DNA of 64,000 nt from Pseudomonadota bacterium (GTDB lineage Bacteria; Desulfobacterota; Desulfobacteria; Desulfobacterales; JAHIVH01), in the NCBI GenBank assembly GCA_018816735.1, contig JAHIVH010000036.1, positions 20,667-84,666 on the forward strand, given 5' to 3'. Each line of letters starts with the position of its first letter. The stretch's first letter is position 1. The notes beneath the pieces are model-generated. The model was not told where the DNA came from, did no database searches, and saw only the letters and a list, made by a program, of their open reading frames with translations. Shown one piece after another: positions 39,654 to 50,808 of this stretch. A program made the position numbers and the translations under genes.

Positions 39654-40499
39654 ATGAAACCAGAGAAACGCACCCATCGATTTGTCATCATGATCATGGC
39701 GATATTTTTTATTTTCCACATGGCAACCCTGATATATGCCGCATCAATCGATACATTCACCGGAGAAAAGGGCGATATCAGAATTTCCGGCGGTACAGCC
39801 CACATTCCGGTAATGAAAGAGGTGGCTGAAGAAATCATGACCCATAATCCGGATATCCATATCAGCATTGCCGGTGGGGGATCAGGTGTGGGAATCAAAC
39901 AGGTTGGGGAAGGGCTGGTGGATATAGGCAACTCCGGACGGAAACCCACAGATGAAGAAATCGGTTCATATGGCCTGAACCTTTTCAAATGGGCTATAGA
40001 CGGTGTTGGCATTGTAACGAACCCGAAAAACAAGGTGAAGGCACTATCAACCGATCAGCTGAAACATATTTTCTCCGGCCAGATAACCAACTGGAAGTCT
40101 CTGGGCGGAGAAGACAAACCCATCAACATTTACACCAGGGATGAATCCAGTGGCACCCGGGAAGTCTTCTGGAAAAATGCCATCTCAAAAGGCGATATCA
40201 GTTCCAAGGCCAATGTGGTTGTATCAAACGGTGCCATGAAATCGGCCATCGCAAATGATCCTTACGGTATTGGTTATATTTCTGTAGGTCATATGGATGA
40301 CACCGTTCAACCTGTGGCCCTTGATGGCGTGTCACCCACAATTGAAACGGTAAAAACCGGCCGGTACAAGGTAGCAAGAGGCCTTTACAGCAATACCAAA
40401 GGTACGCCGGAAGGAATCGTCAAAAAATTCATCGATTATCTTTTCACCGCTGAAGGAAAAGCGATTACAGCTGAAAAAGGATTTATTCCTGCAGATTGA
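39654..40499 (+). CDS. pstS: Phosphate-type (PstS/PBP2 family) ABC substrate-binding protein.
   Basis: AAGGAG RBS and a signal peptide. Blocks ISGGTAHIP and IAGGGSGVGIKQV..G..DIGNSGR are typical of the PstS family. Confidence 0.85.
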   Translation: MKPEKRTHRFVIMIMAIFFIFHMATLIYAASIDTFTGEKGDIRISGGTAHIPVMKEVAEEIMTHNPDIHISIAGGGSGVGIKQVGEGLVDIGNSGRKPTDEEIGSYGLNLFKWAIDGVGIVTNPKNKVKALSTDQLKHIFSGQITNWKSLGGEDKPINIYTRDESSGTREVFWKNAISKGDISSKANVVVSNGAMKSAIANDPYGIGYISVGHMDDTVQPVALDGVSPTIETVKTGRYKVARGLYSNTKGTPEGIVKKFIDYLFTAEGKAITAEKGFIPAD

Positions 40500-41353
40500 T
40501 GAAAACCACAGAATCGATTGTCAAAAACGTCTTTTTCATTTCGGCACTGACAAGTGCCTTAATTACAATCAGCATCTTCTGTTTTATGGTCATATTAGGC
40601 CTTCCCATTTTCCGGGAAGGCCTTTTCCTTGATATGCTCACCCAGCCCTGGCTGCCGCAGAAAAGTATCTACGGGATTTTTCCCATGATATTGGGCACAC
40701 TTTTCATATCGTTTCTAAGTGTTTTTATAGCCTTTCCCATTTGCATGGGCTGTGCCGCACTGATCAGTGTGATTCACCCGGGAAGGTTTAGCCGGTTTCT
40801 GAAAGGTTTGATCAGTCTCATGACAGGCATCCCCACGGTCATTTACGGTTTTATAGGTATCTTTCTTCTTGTGCCATTTATAAGGGAGATATTTGAAAAA
40901 GGCTCCGGCATGTGCATCCTTTCTGCCGCCATTCTCCTTGCTGTTCTCATATCACCTACAATGATTCTTTTCTTCTCGTCCACCTTTGAAAATATCCCGG
41001 AAAGTTATCTGAAAGCCATAGATGCATTGGGCGGCACAAAGGTCCAGAAACTCCTTTATGTAATTTTGCCCAATTCCTTACACGGTATAATAACAGGTTT
41101 CACGTTATCCCTGGGACGCGCCATAGGAGACACCATGATCGCCCTCATGGTTGCCGGAAACGCCATTGCCGTACCCACATCTGTTATTGATTCATCACGG
41201 ACGCTGACCGCCCATATTGCCCTTTTAATTGCAGCCGACTTTAACAGCATGGAATTTAAAACGCTTTTTTTATGCGGCATGATTCTGTATCTCCTGACAC
41301 TTGCCTGTACGGTTCTCGTAAAAACGCTATCTGCCGGCAAAAGGAATGCATAA
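40496..41353 (+). CDS. pstC: Phosphate ABC transporter permease PstC-like.
   Basis: Six-TM BPD-type permease. Its start overlaps the pstS stop (TGATG). Confidence 0.85.
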   Translation: MMKTTESIVKNVFFISALTSALITISIFCFMVILGLPIFREGLFLDMLTQPWLPQKSIYGIFPMILGTLFISFLSVFIAFPICMGCAALISVIHPGRFSRFLKGLISLMTGIPTVIYGFIGIFLLVPFIREIFEKGSGMCILSAAILLAVLISPTMILFFSSTFENIPESYLKAIDALGGTKVQKLLYVILPNSLHGIITGFTLSLGRAIGDTMIALMVAGNAIAVPTSVIDSSRTLTAHIALLIAADFNSMEFKTLFLCGMILYLLTLACTVLVKTLSAGKRNA

Positions 41354-42239
41354 AATGACCGGCAGGATTATTGAAAAATTCGTGATTCTGTTTTCATGGC
41401 TATGCGGTTTCATCCTTTTGGGAGTTGTCTCCATCCTGCTTGCCTATCTTCTGACAAAAGGGTACCAGGCATTAAACCAGAAACTCATTTTTGGAAATAC
41501 CGCACCTTTGGATGCGCTCCTTTTTAAACGCCAGGTTTTTGATGGCCTTTTTCCGGCAATCATTGGCACGTTGGTGATTGTTGTCACTTCGGTTCTGATC
41601 GCAATTCCTGCAGGAATTGCCGCTGGCATCTACATGTCCGAATATTCAAAACCACCTTTCAAATTCGTCTTCAGCCTTATTTTTGATGTGCTGGCAGGCA
41701 TTCCTTCGGTCGTTGTCGGCTTGTTCGGGTTTTCAGTGACGATTTTTCTTCATCATCGATTTTTTAACAATCTCTACCCTTGTCTTCTGATCTCAGCGGT
41801 TTCACTTGCATTTTTAGTATTGCCCTATCTGATCCGGACGACGCAAGAATCGCTTGAAAATGTGCCTCCGACACTGAGGCAAACAGGTATCGCCCTTGGC
41901 GCGACAAAACTTCAGAACATTTATTATGTTCTTATTCCTGAATCGATTTCAGGAATCATCACCGGAGTCATCCTGGCCATCGGTCGATGCGCTGAAGATA
42001 CAGCCGTCATTATGCTTACAGGTGTCGTGGCATCTTCAGGCATACCCAGGTCCATCTTCGCCAATTACGAAGCCCTGCCCTTTTACATCTATTATATATC
42101 ATCACAATATATGAACGCGGAAGAACTGGCCAAAGGTTACGGTGCCGCCATTATTCTTCTGACGATATGCTCGTTTCTTTATCTGTTGACCTTTCTCATC
42201 AAACGTCGATTGAAAAACATCATTAAAAAAAGGGGTTAA
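41346..42239 (+). CDS. pstA: Phosphate ABC transporter permease PstA-like.
   Basis: BPD-type permease with the EAA-like loop LRQTGIALGATKLQ. The start may be ATG 41355. Confidence 0.85.
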   Translation: MHKMTGRIIEKFVILFSWLCGFILLGVVSILLAYLLTKGYQALNQKLIFGNTAPLDALLFKRQVFDGLFPAIIGTLVIVVTSVLIAIPAGIAAGIYMSEYSKPPFKFVFSLIFDVLAGIPSVVVGLFGFSVTIFLHHRFFNNLYPCLLISAVSLAFLVLPYLIRTTQESLENVPPTLRQTGIALGATKLQNIYYVLIPESISGIITGVILAIGRCAEDTAVIMLTGVVASSGIPRSIFANYEALPFYIYYISSQYMNAEELAKGYGAAIILLTICSFLYLLTFLIKRRLKNIIKKRG

Positions 42240-42249
42240 CTGTTATAAA

Positions 42250-42930
42250 ATGGATGCAAACATTAAAATTTCAATAAAGAATCTGTCCTTCCGATATTAC
42301 CGGAGAAACGTGATCGACAACCTGTCATTCCGGTTTGCTGAAAATAAAATCACTGCCATCACAGGCCCATCCGGACAAGGCAAATCCACGCTCCTTACGA
42401 CCATAAACCGTCTCTGGGAGGATATTCCGGGGGCGTGCATGACAGGGAATGTAACCATACAATTTAAGGAAGCGGTTAAAAATATCTATGACCGGTCGAT
42501 TGATCTTCCATGGTTGCGAAAAAAAGTAGGGATGGTATTTCAGTCCCCAAACCCGCTTCCGATGAGCATTTTTAAAAATACCGCATTTCCGCTGAAACTG
42601 GCGGGTGAAAAAGATAATAGGGTCACCGCATCTAAAGTGGAAAATGCTCTTAAAAAAACCTTTTTATGGAATGAGGTGAAAGATCGCCTGCAAAACGATG
42701 CACGGACACTTTCAGGGGGCCAGCAACAGAGACTCTGCATGGCAAGGGCTCTCGTTTTGGAGCCTGAAGTGCTGCTTCTTGATGAACCGACCTCTTCGCT
42801 TGATCCTTTATCTGTCTCAGTGATTGAAAACCTCCTTTTGGATCTCAAACACAATCAGACCATTATCATGGTTTCCCATTACCTGGATCAGATCAAACGA
42901 ATCGCAGACCACGTCATGGAACTGGAATAA
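42250..42930 (+). CDS. pstB: PstB-like ABC ATPase, short form.
   Basis: Walker A GPSGQGKST, signature LSGGQQQRL, Walker B LLLDEPTS. At 226 aa it is shorter at the C-terminus than the canonical PstB I recall. Confidence 0.78.
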   Translation: MDANIKISIKNLSFRYYRRNVIDNLSFRFAENKITAITGPSGQGKSTLLTTINRLWEDIPGACMTGNVTIQFKEAVKNIYDRSIDLPWLRKKVGMVFQSPNPLPMSIFKNTAFPLKLAGEKDNRVTASKVENALKKTFLWNEVKDRLQNDARTLSGGQQQRLCMARALVLEPEVLLLDEPTSSLDPLSVSVIENLLLDLKHNQTIIMVSHYLDQIKRIADHVMELE

Positions 42931-42956
42931 TCCGGCTTTCCAAGCAATCCTTGTGA

Positions 42957-42971
42957 TTTACAAATTGTAAA
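42957..42971. promoter_or_regulatory. Palindromic upstream activator-like site, copy 1.
   Basis: TTTACAAATTGTAAA is a perfect 6-3-6 palindrome. It begins 120 bp upstream of the -24 TGGCA at 43077. Confidence 0.5.
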
Positions 42972-43076
42972 ATAATCTGACACAAAACCGAAACAGCGTT
43001 TTCTCAAGCTACCTTCCATAATCATCTATCTCCTGTTGTTTCAGCTAATTATAACAGTCCCCCCAGGCCTTTACCG

Positions 43077-43092
43077 TGGCATGCCGATTGCT
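43077..43092 (+). promoter_or_regulatory. sigma54 (-24/-12) promoter P1.
   Basis: TGGCATGCCGATTGCT has GG-N10-GC spacing and matches TGGCAC-N5-TTGCW at all but one position. It lies 56 bp upstream of the kinase ATG at 43148. Confidence 0.7.
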
Positions 43093-43147
43093 CTTAACAA
43101 TCCCAGAAAATAATGAGGATGAGCTGTGAATAAAGGAAAAAATTTTA

Positions 43148-44875
43148 ATGGAAGAAAATAATCAAAAACCCCGTTCTCCCTATTACCGGTCTTTAATGCG
43201 CCGGATGGTCGCAGTGGTCATCGTTGTCTCATTCACGCCGATGATTCTCATTACCTGGGGCTTTCTTTACCAGTTTAAAATCCTTTACCATGAAAAGGTC
43301 TATGCGCATCTTGAGGAGCTGGTCCAGAAACACCAGCAGAATATTGATGTCTTTCTTAAAGAAAAACTGGCAGATGTCAAATTTCTTGCGACCAACTTCA
43401 GTTTTGATCAACTGTCAAATGAACAATTTCTGAAACAGAAGCTGATATCGCTTGACAAGGAACATGGTCCTGTCATTACCGATTTGGGCATCATCGATGA
43501 AAAGGGCATTCAGTTAGCCTATGCCGGTCCTTTCAAACTTGAAAAAGCCAACTATGAGGCTGCAGACTGGTTTAGAAAATCAATTCTCAGTGAATACTAT
43601 ATTTCAGATGTCTTCCTTGGTTTAAGAGGGCACCCCCATTTCATTATTGCGGTCCGAAATGAAAACGAGGAGCAGAGCTGGCTTTTACGGGCAACCATCA
43701 ATTTCGAAGCATTTAACTCGCTTGTGGAAAATCTTCGGGTCGGGACCACCGGTTTTGCCTTTATTTTAAACAGGGAAGGTAAATTTCAGACCAAACCGAG
43801 CATTAACATCACGGAAACACAGGCAAAAGGATACCTGAAAGAGTATATGCAACTGAAAGACAACCGTTCGATTACAGAAGAATCTCATTTGAACGGGCAG
43901 CCCATCATTCATGTGTCATCTCTTTTGAAAAACGAGGAATGGCTCATGATATTTCAGCAGAATGCATCTGATGCGTTCAGGGATTTCATTCATGCCAGGC
44001 GTATTGCGCTGGTCATATCGTTTGTTGGCGGATGCGCCATCATCACCATGGCATTTTTAATGTCAAGGCGCATGGTAAAAATCATTGCCAAAAGAGATGA
44101 AGAAAACAAAATGATGAACCAGCAGGTCATTGAAACAGGCAAGCTTGCATCTATCGGAGAACTTGCAGCCGGAATTGCCCATGAAATCAATAATCCTGTG
44201 GCGATCATGGTAGAAGAAGCCGGATGGATCGAAGACCTTCTGGAAGAAGAGGAATTCCAGAACAGTAAAAATATGGAAGAATTCAGACGGGCATTGACCC
44301 AGATCAACACCCAAGGGAAACGATGCAAGGGCATCACGCACAAACTGCTCAGTTTTGCCAGAAAAACCGATTCCCGGGTCCATGACGTGGAAGTTAACGC
44401 GCTTATCACAGAAATTGTCGGTATCTCCGCCCAAATGGCCAAGTACAGCAATATAAATATTGAAACAGAATTTGAGGAAGGACTTCCCTATATTGAGATT
44501 TCCCCTTCTGAAATGCAGCAGGTGCTTCTGAACCTGATCAATAATGCCATCTATGCCATGGAAAAAACAGGAGGCACAATAAAAATCGGCACAAAATTAA
44601 GTCAGCTTGAAAAGGATCATATTGTCATCATTGTTGAGGATAACGGACCGGGCATACCGGAGTCAAATCTGCCGCGTATATTTGATCCGTTTTTCACCAC
44701 AAAACCGGTAGGAAAAGGAACAGGCCTGGGTCTCTCCATATGTTACGGAATCATCCAGAAAATGGGCGGGAAAATCGATGTGCATAGTGCTGTTGATTCG
44801 GGAACGCGTTTCCGTATCTGGATACCGTTTCAAAAGGAAGATCAGCAAAGTACAAAACACGAGTCAAACGCATAA
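43148..44875 (+). CDS. Sensor histidine kinase with a Cache-like periplasmic domain (paralog A).
   Basis: TM1, about 260 aa extracytoplasmic region, TM2. H-box [14 protein letters not shown]-box [10 protein letters not shown]-boxes DNGPGIP and GTGLGLSI. Confidence 0.9.
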   Translation: MEENNQKPRSPYYRSLMRRMVAVVIVVSFTPMILITWGFLYQFKILYHEKVYAHLEELVQKHQQNIDVFLKEKLADVKFLATNFSFDQLSNEQFLKQKLISLDKEHGPVITDLGIIDEKGIQLAYAGPFKLEKANYEAADWFRKSILSEYYISDVFLGLRGHPHFIIAVRNENEEQSWLLRATINFEAFNSLVENLRVGTTGFAFILNREGKFQTKPSINITETQAKGYLKEYMQLKDNRSITEESHLNGQPIIHVSSLLKNEEWLMIFQQNASDAFRDFIHARRIALVISFVGGCAIITMAFLMSRRMVKIIAKRDEENKMMNQQVIETGKLASIGELAAGIAHEINNPVAIMVEEAGWIEDLLEEEEFQNSKNMEEFRRALTQINTQGKRCKGITHKLLSFARKTDSRVHDVEVNALITEIVGISAQMAKYSNINIETEFEEGLPYIEISPSEMQQVLLNLINNAIYAMEKTGGTIKIGTKLSQLEKDHIVIIVEDNGPGIPESNLPRIFDPFFTTKPVGKGTGLGLSICYGIIQKMGGKIDVHSAVDSGTRFRIWIPFQKEDQQSTKHESNA

Positions 44876-44922
44876 GGATTAGATGAATATTTACAAGGAC
44901 AACCCAAAAAAAGGAGAATCAG

Positions 44923-45354
44923 ATGAGCGACGCAAACATACTTTTGGTAGATGATGAACAACCGTTTGTCGAAACGATGACAAAGCGGCTGGAAAAAAGA
45001 AACTATAAGGTCAATGCTGCTTTTAGCGGTTATGATGCCATCAAAATACTTGAAAAGGAAAGTCAGGTGGAAGTTGTTATTTTAGATGTGAAGATGCCTG
45101 GCAAGGATGGTATCGGCGTACTTCAGGAAATCAAACAGAAATATCCACTGATAGAAGTAATCATGCTCACCGGCCATGCAACAGTTGAATCGGCGATTCA
45201 GGGGATGAAACTGGGGGCATATGACTACCTCATGAAACCGTGCGATATGAATGAACTGGTGGCAAAAGTGGACGAGGCAACCGGTAAAAAAAGGGCCCAT
45301 GAAGAAAAAATCGTGGAAGCCAGAATGAAAAGGATCACAGGTACACGCATTTAA
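44923..45354 (+). CDS. Single-domain response regulator (receiver only) with a helical C-terminal tail.
   Basis: LLVDDE, phospho-acceptor context VILDVKMPG, LTGH and a conserved Lys (MKP). There is no output domain. Strong AAGGAG RBS. Confidence 0.9.
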   Translation: MSDANILLVDDEQPFVETMTKRLEKRNYKVNAAFSGYDAIKILEKESQVEVVILDVKMPGKDGIGVLQEIKQKYPLIEVIMLTGHATVESAIQGMKLGAYDYLMKPCDMNELVAKVDEATGKKRAHEEKIVEARMKRITGTRI

Positions 45355-45372
45355 AGGAAAAGTATATCAACT

Positions 45373-45765
45373 ATGATTAGACACCAGAAAGAAGCGCTCA
45401 AACTGCTTTTGGTTGATGATGAGGAAGGCTACGTTAATGTACTGTCAAACCGGCTTTCAAAACGAGGCATCCAGGTCAGAAAAACAACCAGCGGGACTGA
45501 AGCCATTCAAACCCTCCGAAAGGAAGAGTTTGATGTGGCGATTCTGGATTTGAAAATGGAAGACATGGACGGCATAGAAGTATTGAAGATATTCCGGAAA
45601 ATGGCCCCTGAAATGGCCGTGATCATGCTCACAGGCCACGGCAGTGAAATAGCGGCAAAAGAAGGTATCGGTCTTGGGGCCTTTGATTATTTGACAAAAC
45701 CATGCGTACTGGAAGATTTGCTGGAAAAGATTTATGAAGCAGATCACGCCCGGCGTGAAGATTAA
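45373..45765 (+). CDS. Single-domain response regulator (receiver only).
   Basis: LLVDDEE, AILDLKMEDMDG, LTGH, TKP. 130 aa with no output domain. Confidence 0.9.
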   Translation: MIRHQKEALKLLLVDDEEGYVNVLSNRLSKRGIQVRKTTSGTEAIQTLRKEEFDVAILDLKMEDMDGIEVLKIFRKMAPEMAVIMLTGHGSEIAAKEGIGLGAFDYLTKPCVLEDLLEKIYEADHARRED

Positions 45766-45863
45766 AAACGTTACCTGACAGCATGGTCCGGAAGCTTCTT
45801 TCGTTGACAACAGCAAGGATACAGGAATCAATCAACCGGACAGCAATCAGACAAGGAGTTAAA

Positions 45864-47447
45864 ATGTTCTATAAAACAAATGGATTCAAACTTTGCCTGG
45901 CTTTATTACTGGGCATTATTGTTCTTTTCCTTCCCCGGCCGGAAGGAACCAAATTCAAGATATCGGGTGACCCGGATCAGGCACTTTTTAAATCCGTCGA
46001 CACTGTTTTCAACATCCTGAAAATTGAAACCGGAAAAAAGAAGAATACCTATATTCTTGAGGCAATGCATCCGGGAACACCGGAAGCCACAGCGTCATTT
46101 CTCCAAAATCAGGTTAAGACGGGAAATCTTTCGGGCATAGAAGTCAGTTATGTGGATGGCTTGCCCTTGAAAGCCAAACGGTTTCTGGCTGTTCTGGTTG
46201 TCCTTGTGTTTTTGTTCATTGTCGAGCCCATACCGCTCGAAATTACAGCAGTAATGATCGGCGTATCTTTAGTCTTGATGGGTATTACAGATACAAAAGA
46301 TGCCTGGGCGCCTTATATGCATCCGGTCGTTATTTTTATCATGTGCTGCCTGATATTTGCCATTTCACTCGACAAGGCAGGCTTAACCAAAAGGCTTGGT
46401 TATTTTATCACCAAAAAGGCAGGAACCAGTGTCACGCGATTTACGTTTATTCTTGCCATCAGCCTGGGGCTGGCCTCCACATTCATGCATGATGCAGCTG
46501 CCTGCGCCATTGGCATCATCACCATGCTGCCCCTGATGAGGGCTGTCGGCATTGAGCCTCATACCAATACAGCCAAATTCATGATGCTCTCCCTTCCCTT
46601 TGCCTGCTCTTGTGGTGGCATGGGAAGCCTTATCGGCGGCGGGAGGTGCATGGTTTCTGCCGCATTTTTAAAGGAGTTTACCGGCATCGAAATTACATTC
46701 TTTGACTGGATCAAATACGCCATGCCCGCGGCCATTCTCACCGTGCCCATCGCAGTTTTGATTGTCTATTTTGTTTACAGGCCTGATCCCAAATTCAAAC
46801 TCCCCCAATTTGATGAAGATCTTGGCAAATGGAACGCCCTTGAAATTAAAACATCGGTCATCATCGGCCTTTCCTTTATCGCATGGCTTACCAAAGGGAT
46901 TCATGGTATGGACTACTCAATCACCGGTATGGTTGGCGTTGCCGCCCTTGTCCTTTTTGGCGTGCTGAAATGGGAGGATATCAATGACAATCTTGAGTGG
47001 GGAACCGCCCTGTTTATCTTTGGCGGCGGTATATCCCTGGGTCTTGCCATGGGATACTCCGGTGCCGCCGATTATTTTGCCAATATGTTCTTCCCGCTTA
47101 TTGAAGGCAAAGGCTGGTTGATTCTGTTTATCGGCGTGGGCGTTTTCGGAGCGCTTGTCACCAATGCCATGGCAAATGTGGCCGCAGCCGCGTTGATTTT
47201 GCCCATCGTGATTCCCATGGCCCAGCTTGAAGGCGTCAATCCCACCATCCTGGCATTATGTCTGGGGATGGCCACGTCTTTTGCCATGCTGCTGGTGATT
47301 GGATGTCCGCCCAATGCCATCTCGTATAGTTACAGATATTTCAAGTCAGGGGATTTGACCAAGGTAGGTCTTGTGGCCACACCGATCCTTCTTCTGGTAT
47401 TGGTTGTTGTCGCAGCCACCTGGTGGAAAATTTTAGGGCTTGTTTAA
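45864..47447 (+). CDS. DASS/SLC13-like (ion-transporter superfamily) permease 1.
   Basis: Multi-TM protein with the GCPPNAISY re-entrant-loop motif. AAGGAG RBS before the ATG at 45864; I reject the ORF-track start at 45783. Confidence 0.85.
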   Translation: MFYKTNGFKLCLALLLGIIVLFLPRPEGTKFKISGDPDQALFKSVDTVFNILKIETGKKKNTYILEAMHPGTPEATASFLQNQVKTGNLSGIEVSYVDGLPLKAKRFLAVLVVLVFLFIVEPIPLEITAVMIGVSLVLMGITDTKDAWAPYMHPVVIFIMCCLIFAISLDKAGLTKRLGYFITKKAGTSVTRFTFILAISLGLASTFMHDAAACAIGIITMLPLMRAVGIEPHTNTAKFMMLSLPFACSCGGMGSLIGGGRCMVSAAFLKEFTGIEITFFDWIKYAMPAAILTVPIAVLIVYFVYRPDPKFKLPQFDEDLGKWNALEIKTSVIIGLSFIAWLTKGIHGMDYSITGMVGVAALVLFGVLKWEDINDNLEWGTALFIFGGGISLGLAMGYSGAADYFANMFFPLIEGKGWLILFIGVGVFGALVTNAMANVAAAALILPIVIPMAQLEGVNPTILALCLGMATSFAMLLVIGCPPNAISYSYRYFKSGDLTKVGLVATPILLLVLVVVAATWWKILGLV

Positions 47448-47475
47448 AAACGGCCAGGCCTGATAAAAGGATTTG

Positions 47476-48636
47476 ATGCTCATGGACGCAATCAAAACAC
47501 TTCTCGTGGATGATGAGAAAAGTTTTATTGAAACAATAGAAAAACGGCTTAAAAAAAGAGGGTTTGCACCCTATTTGGCCGAGAGCGGCAAGAAATGCCT
47601 GGAAATCCTTAAGGATTCAACCATCCATATCGTGGTTTCAGATGTGAAGATGCCGGGTATAGGTGGCATCGACCTTTTGAAAAAAATAAAACAGGACTAC
47701 CCGGCCATTGAAGTGATTCTGCTCACAGGGCATGCCAATCCGAACGATGGCGTGGAAGGGATCAAGCAGGGTGCGTTTGACTACCTGACCAAACCGATCG
47801 AACTTGAGCATCTCATCGGAAAAATAAACCAGGCATGGGACAAAATCCAGAGGATCAAGGAAAAAAAAGAGGAAGAAGCGTTTCGGGAACGGATGAAAAA
47901 ACAATTGATTGCAAATGAGCGCCTGGCATCCTTAGGCACATTATCTGCAGGCGTTGCCCATGAAATCAATAATCCACTGGCCATTATCAAGGAATCTGCC
48001 GGTTGGATGAATACAATCATAAGCGGGATGAACTTATCAACCGTTCCCCGACTGAATGATTTAAAGACAGCCATTGACAAAATAGAGAAAAGTGTGGAAC
48101 GGGCAAGAAGAATCACCCATCAGCTGTTAAGTTCCGTAAAAAAGCAGGATACGGCGCTTTCGGAAATCCGTCTGAATGAATTTCTTCAGGAAACCATCCA
48201 TCTGGTTAAAAGAAGTTTACCAGAAAAAAATATTAAAATGTCCCTTGACACCCGTCATACCGATGGCATCCTGTGGACTGATCCCTATCAGCTCCGTCAG
48301 ATATTGATCAATCTTTTTACAAATTCGGCAAGAGCCATATCAAACGAAGGATGGATTGATCTTACGGTGGCTGACACCGGAGATCTTGTTTCAATAAGCC
48401 TGAAGGATAACGGAGAGGGCATTGCTTATGAAAACCTTGAAAAAATCTTTGAACCTTTTTTTACCACCAGAGCACCTGGTGAAGGAACAGGGTTAGGTTT
48501 GTTTATCACCCGGGGCATTGTGGAAAAACTGGGCGGAAAAATTGAGGTGGAGAGTCAGGTCGGGGAAGGAGCCTTATTCACGCTTGTTTTGCCAAAATTC
48601 AATAAAAATTGTGACACCCAAAAAGGGAGAAATTAA
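47476..48636 (+). CDS. Cytoplasmic receiver-histidine kinase fusion (REC-HisKA-HATPase).
   Basis: N-terminal REC ([22 protein letters not shown]), then H-box [13 protein letters not shown] and G-boxes DNGEGIA and GTGLGLFI. No TM segment. The start is 47476 or 47482. Confidence 0.9.
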   Translation: MLMDAIKTLLVDDEKSFIETIEKRLKKRGFAPYLAESGKKCLEILKDSTIHIVVSDVKMPGIGGIDLLKKIKQDYPAIEVILLTGHANPNDGVEGIKQGAFDYLTKPIELEHLIGKINQAWDKIQRIKEKKEEEAFRERMKKQLIANERLASLGTLSAGVAHEINNPLAIIKESAGWMNTIISGMNLSTVPRLNDLKTAIDKIEKSVERARRITHQLLSSVKKQDTALSEIRLNEFLQETIHLVKRSLPEKNIKMSLDTRHTDGILWTDPYQLRQILINLFTNSARAISNEGWIDLTVADTGDLVSISLKDNGEGIAYENLEKIFEPFFTTRAPGEGTGLGLFITRGIVEKLGGKIEVESQVGEGALFTLVLPKFNKNCDTQKGRN

Positions 48637-48639
48637 CAT

Positions 48640-49086
48640 ATGGGAAAAATCAGAATACCAACCAGAGTACTTGTTGTGGACGATGAAAAAGATTTTGTAG
48701 AAATACTCTCAAACCGTCTGGAAGAAGCCGGTGAAACCGTTTCCAGCGCAAACAGCGGTCAGGAATGCCTCAAGGTGCTTGATGAAAAAACGATTGATGT
48801 GGTCATCCTTGATATAAAAATGCCGGGCATGGATGGGATGGATGTATTGAAAGAAATCAAAAAGCGCCACCCCCTGGTCGAAGTGATCATGCTGACCGGC
48901 CATGGCAGTACGGAAACAGCCGTGGACGGCATGAAAGCAGGTGCGTTTGATTATCTGTTAAAACCTGCGGATTTCAGTGAACTGACAAAAAAACTCGTTG
49001 GCGCCCGGAAACGGAAAGACGACCAGGAAGAACGCATCAGGCAGGCTGAAGTTAAACTGCTTTTAAGAAAAGGCGGAAATATATAA
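48640..49086 (+). CDS. Single-domain response regulator with a helical C-terminal tail.
   Basis: VLVVDDE, VILDIKMPGMDG, LTGH, LKP. No output domain. Confidence 0.9.
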   Translation: MGKIRIPTRVLVVDDEKDFVEILSNRLEEAGETVSSANSGQECLKVLDEKTIDVVILDIKMPGMDGMDVLKEIKKRHPLVEVIMLTGHGSTETAVDGMKAGAFDYLLKPADFSELTKKLVGARKRKDDQEERIRQAEVKLLLRKGGNI

Positions 49087-49099
49087 AGGACCTGAAAGA

Positions 49100-50791
49100 A
49101 TGGTAAAAGATAGCGTCTACAAATCCTTGAAGAATGTTATTCTCGTGAGCATGATCGTTGTGCCGTTCATACCGTTTATCATGACGGTAGGTACCGGATA
49201 TTACTACTTCACCTATTCACTTGAGAACAGCACCATATCGAGCATGCAAAGGATTGTAGACGACCATCGGCTGATGATAGAATCCTTTTTAACCGAACGC
49301 AAAGCGGATCTGGAATATGCCCTTGATGCCATAAGCATGGAAGATCTGAAATCTCCTGACACGGTTGATCATGTATTTGAAAGGCTTCAACGGAAATCCA
49401 CAGCCTTTTTCGACCTGGGTGTATTTGACGGGGAAGGCGTTCATCTGGCCTATCATGGACCGTTTAAATTGACAGGAAAAAATTACGGCAGGGAAGAATG
49501 GTTTAAAAGAGTCCTTCAAAATGGCTATTATATCAGTGACGTTTTCTCCGGTTTCCGGGAGGTGCCTCACTTTATCATCGCGGTGTGCCGTGAAGAAAAG
49601 AACGGGAAAAAAATCATCCGGGCGACTATTGATACCAAAATTTTCAATAACATGGTAGAAAAAGTTCGTATCGGTAAAACAGGAGAAGCCTATATCATTA
49701 ACAAAGACGGTATTTTACAGACAGAAAGGCGCTCAGGCGGCGAACTAATGACCAATGATCCGGACCATTTGGCATACAAAGATTTTCACAAAGGGATACT
49801 TACGTTTATCCATAAGGACGTAAAAGGAAATACCCATTTGTATGCCACAACGTGGATTCTGGATAACAAATGGATTCTGGTTGTCAGGCAGGAAAAGGCG
49901 GATGCGTTTAAATCGCTCCGCCTGGCCGCCTATCTTATCATTCTGATTTCCATGGCAGGCGGAATCGTGATCACAAGCCTTGCGTTTTATATATCCGGAA
50001 AAATTGTGAAATGGATCAGAAAAACGGAATCGGAAAAAGGCGATATGGAAAAACAGCTGATAAGTGCCACCAAGCTGGCAGAGCTGGGTGAAATGGCTGC
50101 AGGTTTTGCCCATGAGATCAACAATCCCCTTCAGATCATGAAAAGCGAATATGCGCTGATAAAAACAATTCTTCCGGCCATCAAAGAAAAAAAATCTGAA
50201 AACTTTTCCGACGACATGAAAGAAATTGAAGAATCGATGGATCAGATTGAGCTTCAGATCAACCGCTGCTCCAAAATCACCCATGCCATCTTAAAATTCG
50301 GCAGATACAGTGAACCTGTTTCCCAGGCCATATCCCTGAAAACATTTCTGCAGGAAATGATAGACATCATTTCAAAAAAAGCCTCGGTAAACGGTATCAG
50401 GCTCTCAATAGAACTCTCACATGACACCCCGGATATCAAAGGAGACCCGGCACAACTTCAGCAGGTCATCATCAACCTGTTTAACAATGCCATGGATGCG
50501 ATTATGGAAAGGCATGGTGTGAGTGGCGGTATTCTTGCAGTCAAATCCGGAAAGAGATTAACAAATAAACATGCTTTCATTTCCGTATCCGATAATGGTA
50601 CAGGGATTGCCCCTGAGCATTTAAAAAAAATCTTCACACCTTTTTTTACGACCAAACCGGTAGGAAAAGGCACGGGCCTTGGCCTGTCTGTCTGCTATGG
50701 CATTATCGGCAATATGGGCGGCAGCATGGGTGTGGAAAGCGATACGGGAAATGGCACTATTTTTACCATCGTTCTTCCTGCAATATCTTGA
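49100..50791 (+). CDS. Sensor histidine kinase with a Cache-like periplasmic domain (paralog B).
   Basis: Same architecture as 43148-44875. Shared sensor blocks include GPFKL..NY...WF......YYISDVF.G.R..PHFIIAV. H-box [13 protein letters not shown]; G-boxes DNGTGIA and GTGLGLSV. Confidence 0.9.
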   Translation: MVKDSVYKSLKNVILVSMIVVPFIPFIMTVGTGYYYFTYSLENSTISSMQRIVDDHRLMIESFLTERKADLEYALDAISMEDLKSPDTVDHVFERLQRKSTAFFDLGVFDGEGVHLAYHGPFKLTGKNYGREEWFKRVLQNGYYISDVFSGFREVPHFIIAVCREEKNGKKIIRATIDTKIFNNMVEKVRIGKTGEAYIINKDGILQTERRSGGELMTNDPDHLAYKDFHKGILTFIHKDVKGNTHLYATTWILDNKWILVVRQEKADAFKSLRLAAYLIILISMAGGIVITSLAFYISGKIVKWIRKTESEKGDMEKQLISATKLAELGEMAAGFAHEINNPLQIMKSEYALIKTILPAIKEKKSENFSDDMKEIEESMDQIELQINRCSKITHAILKFGRYSEPVSQAISLKTFLQEMIDIISKKASVNGIRLSIELSHDTPDIKGDPAQLQQVIINLFNNAMDAIMERHGVSGGILAVKSGKRLTNKHAFISVSDNGTGIAPEHLKKIFTPFFTTKPVGKGTGLGLSVCYGIIGNMGGSMGVESDTGNGTIFTIVLPAIS

Positions 50792-50808
50792 ACCTTATCT
50801 TGCTGGGT

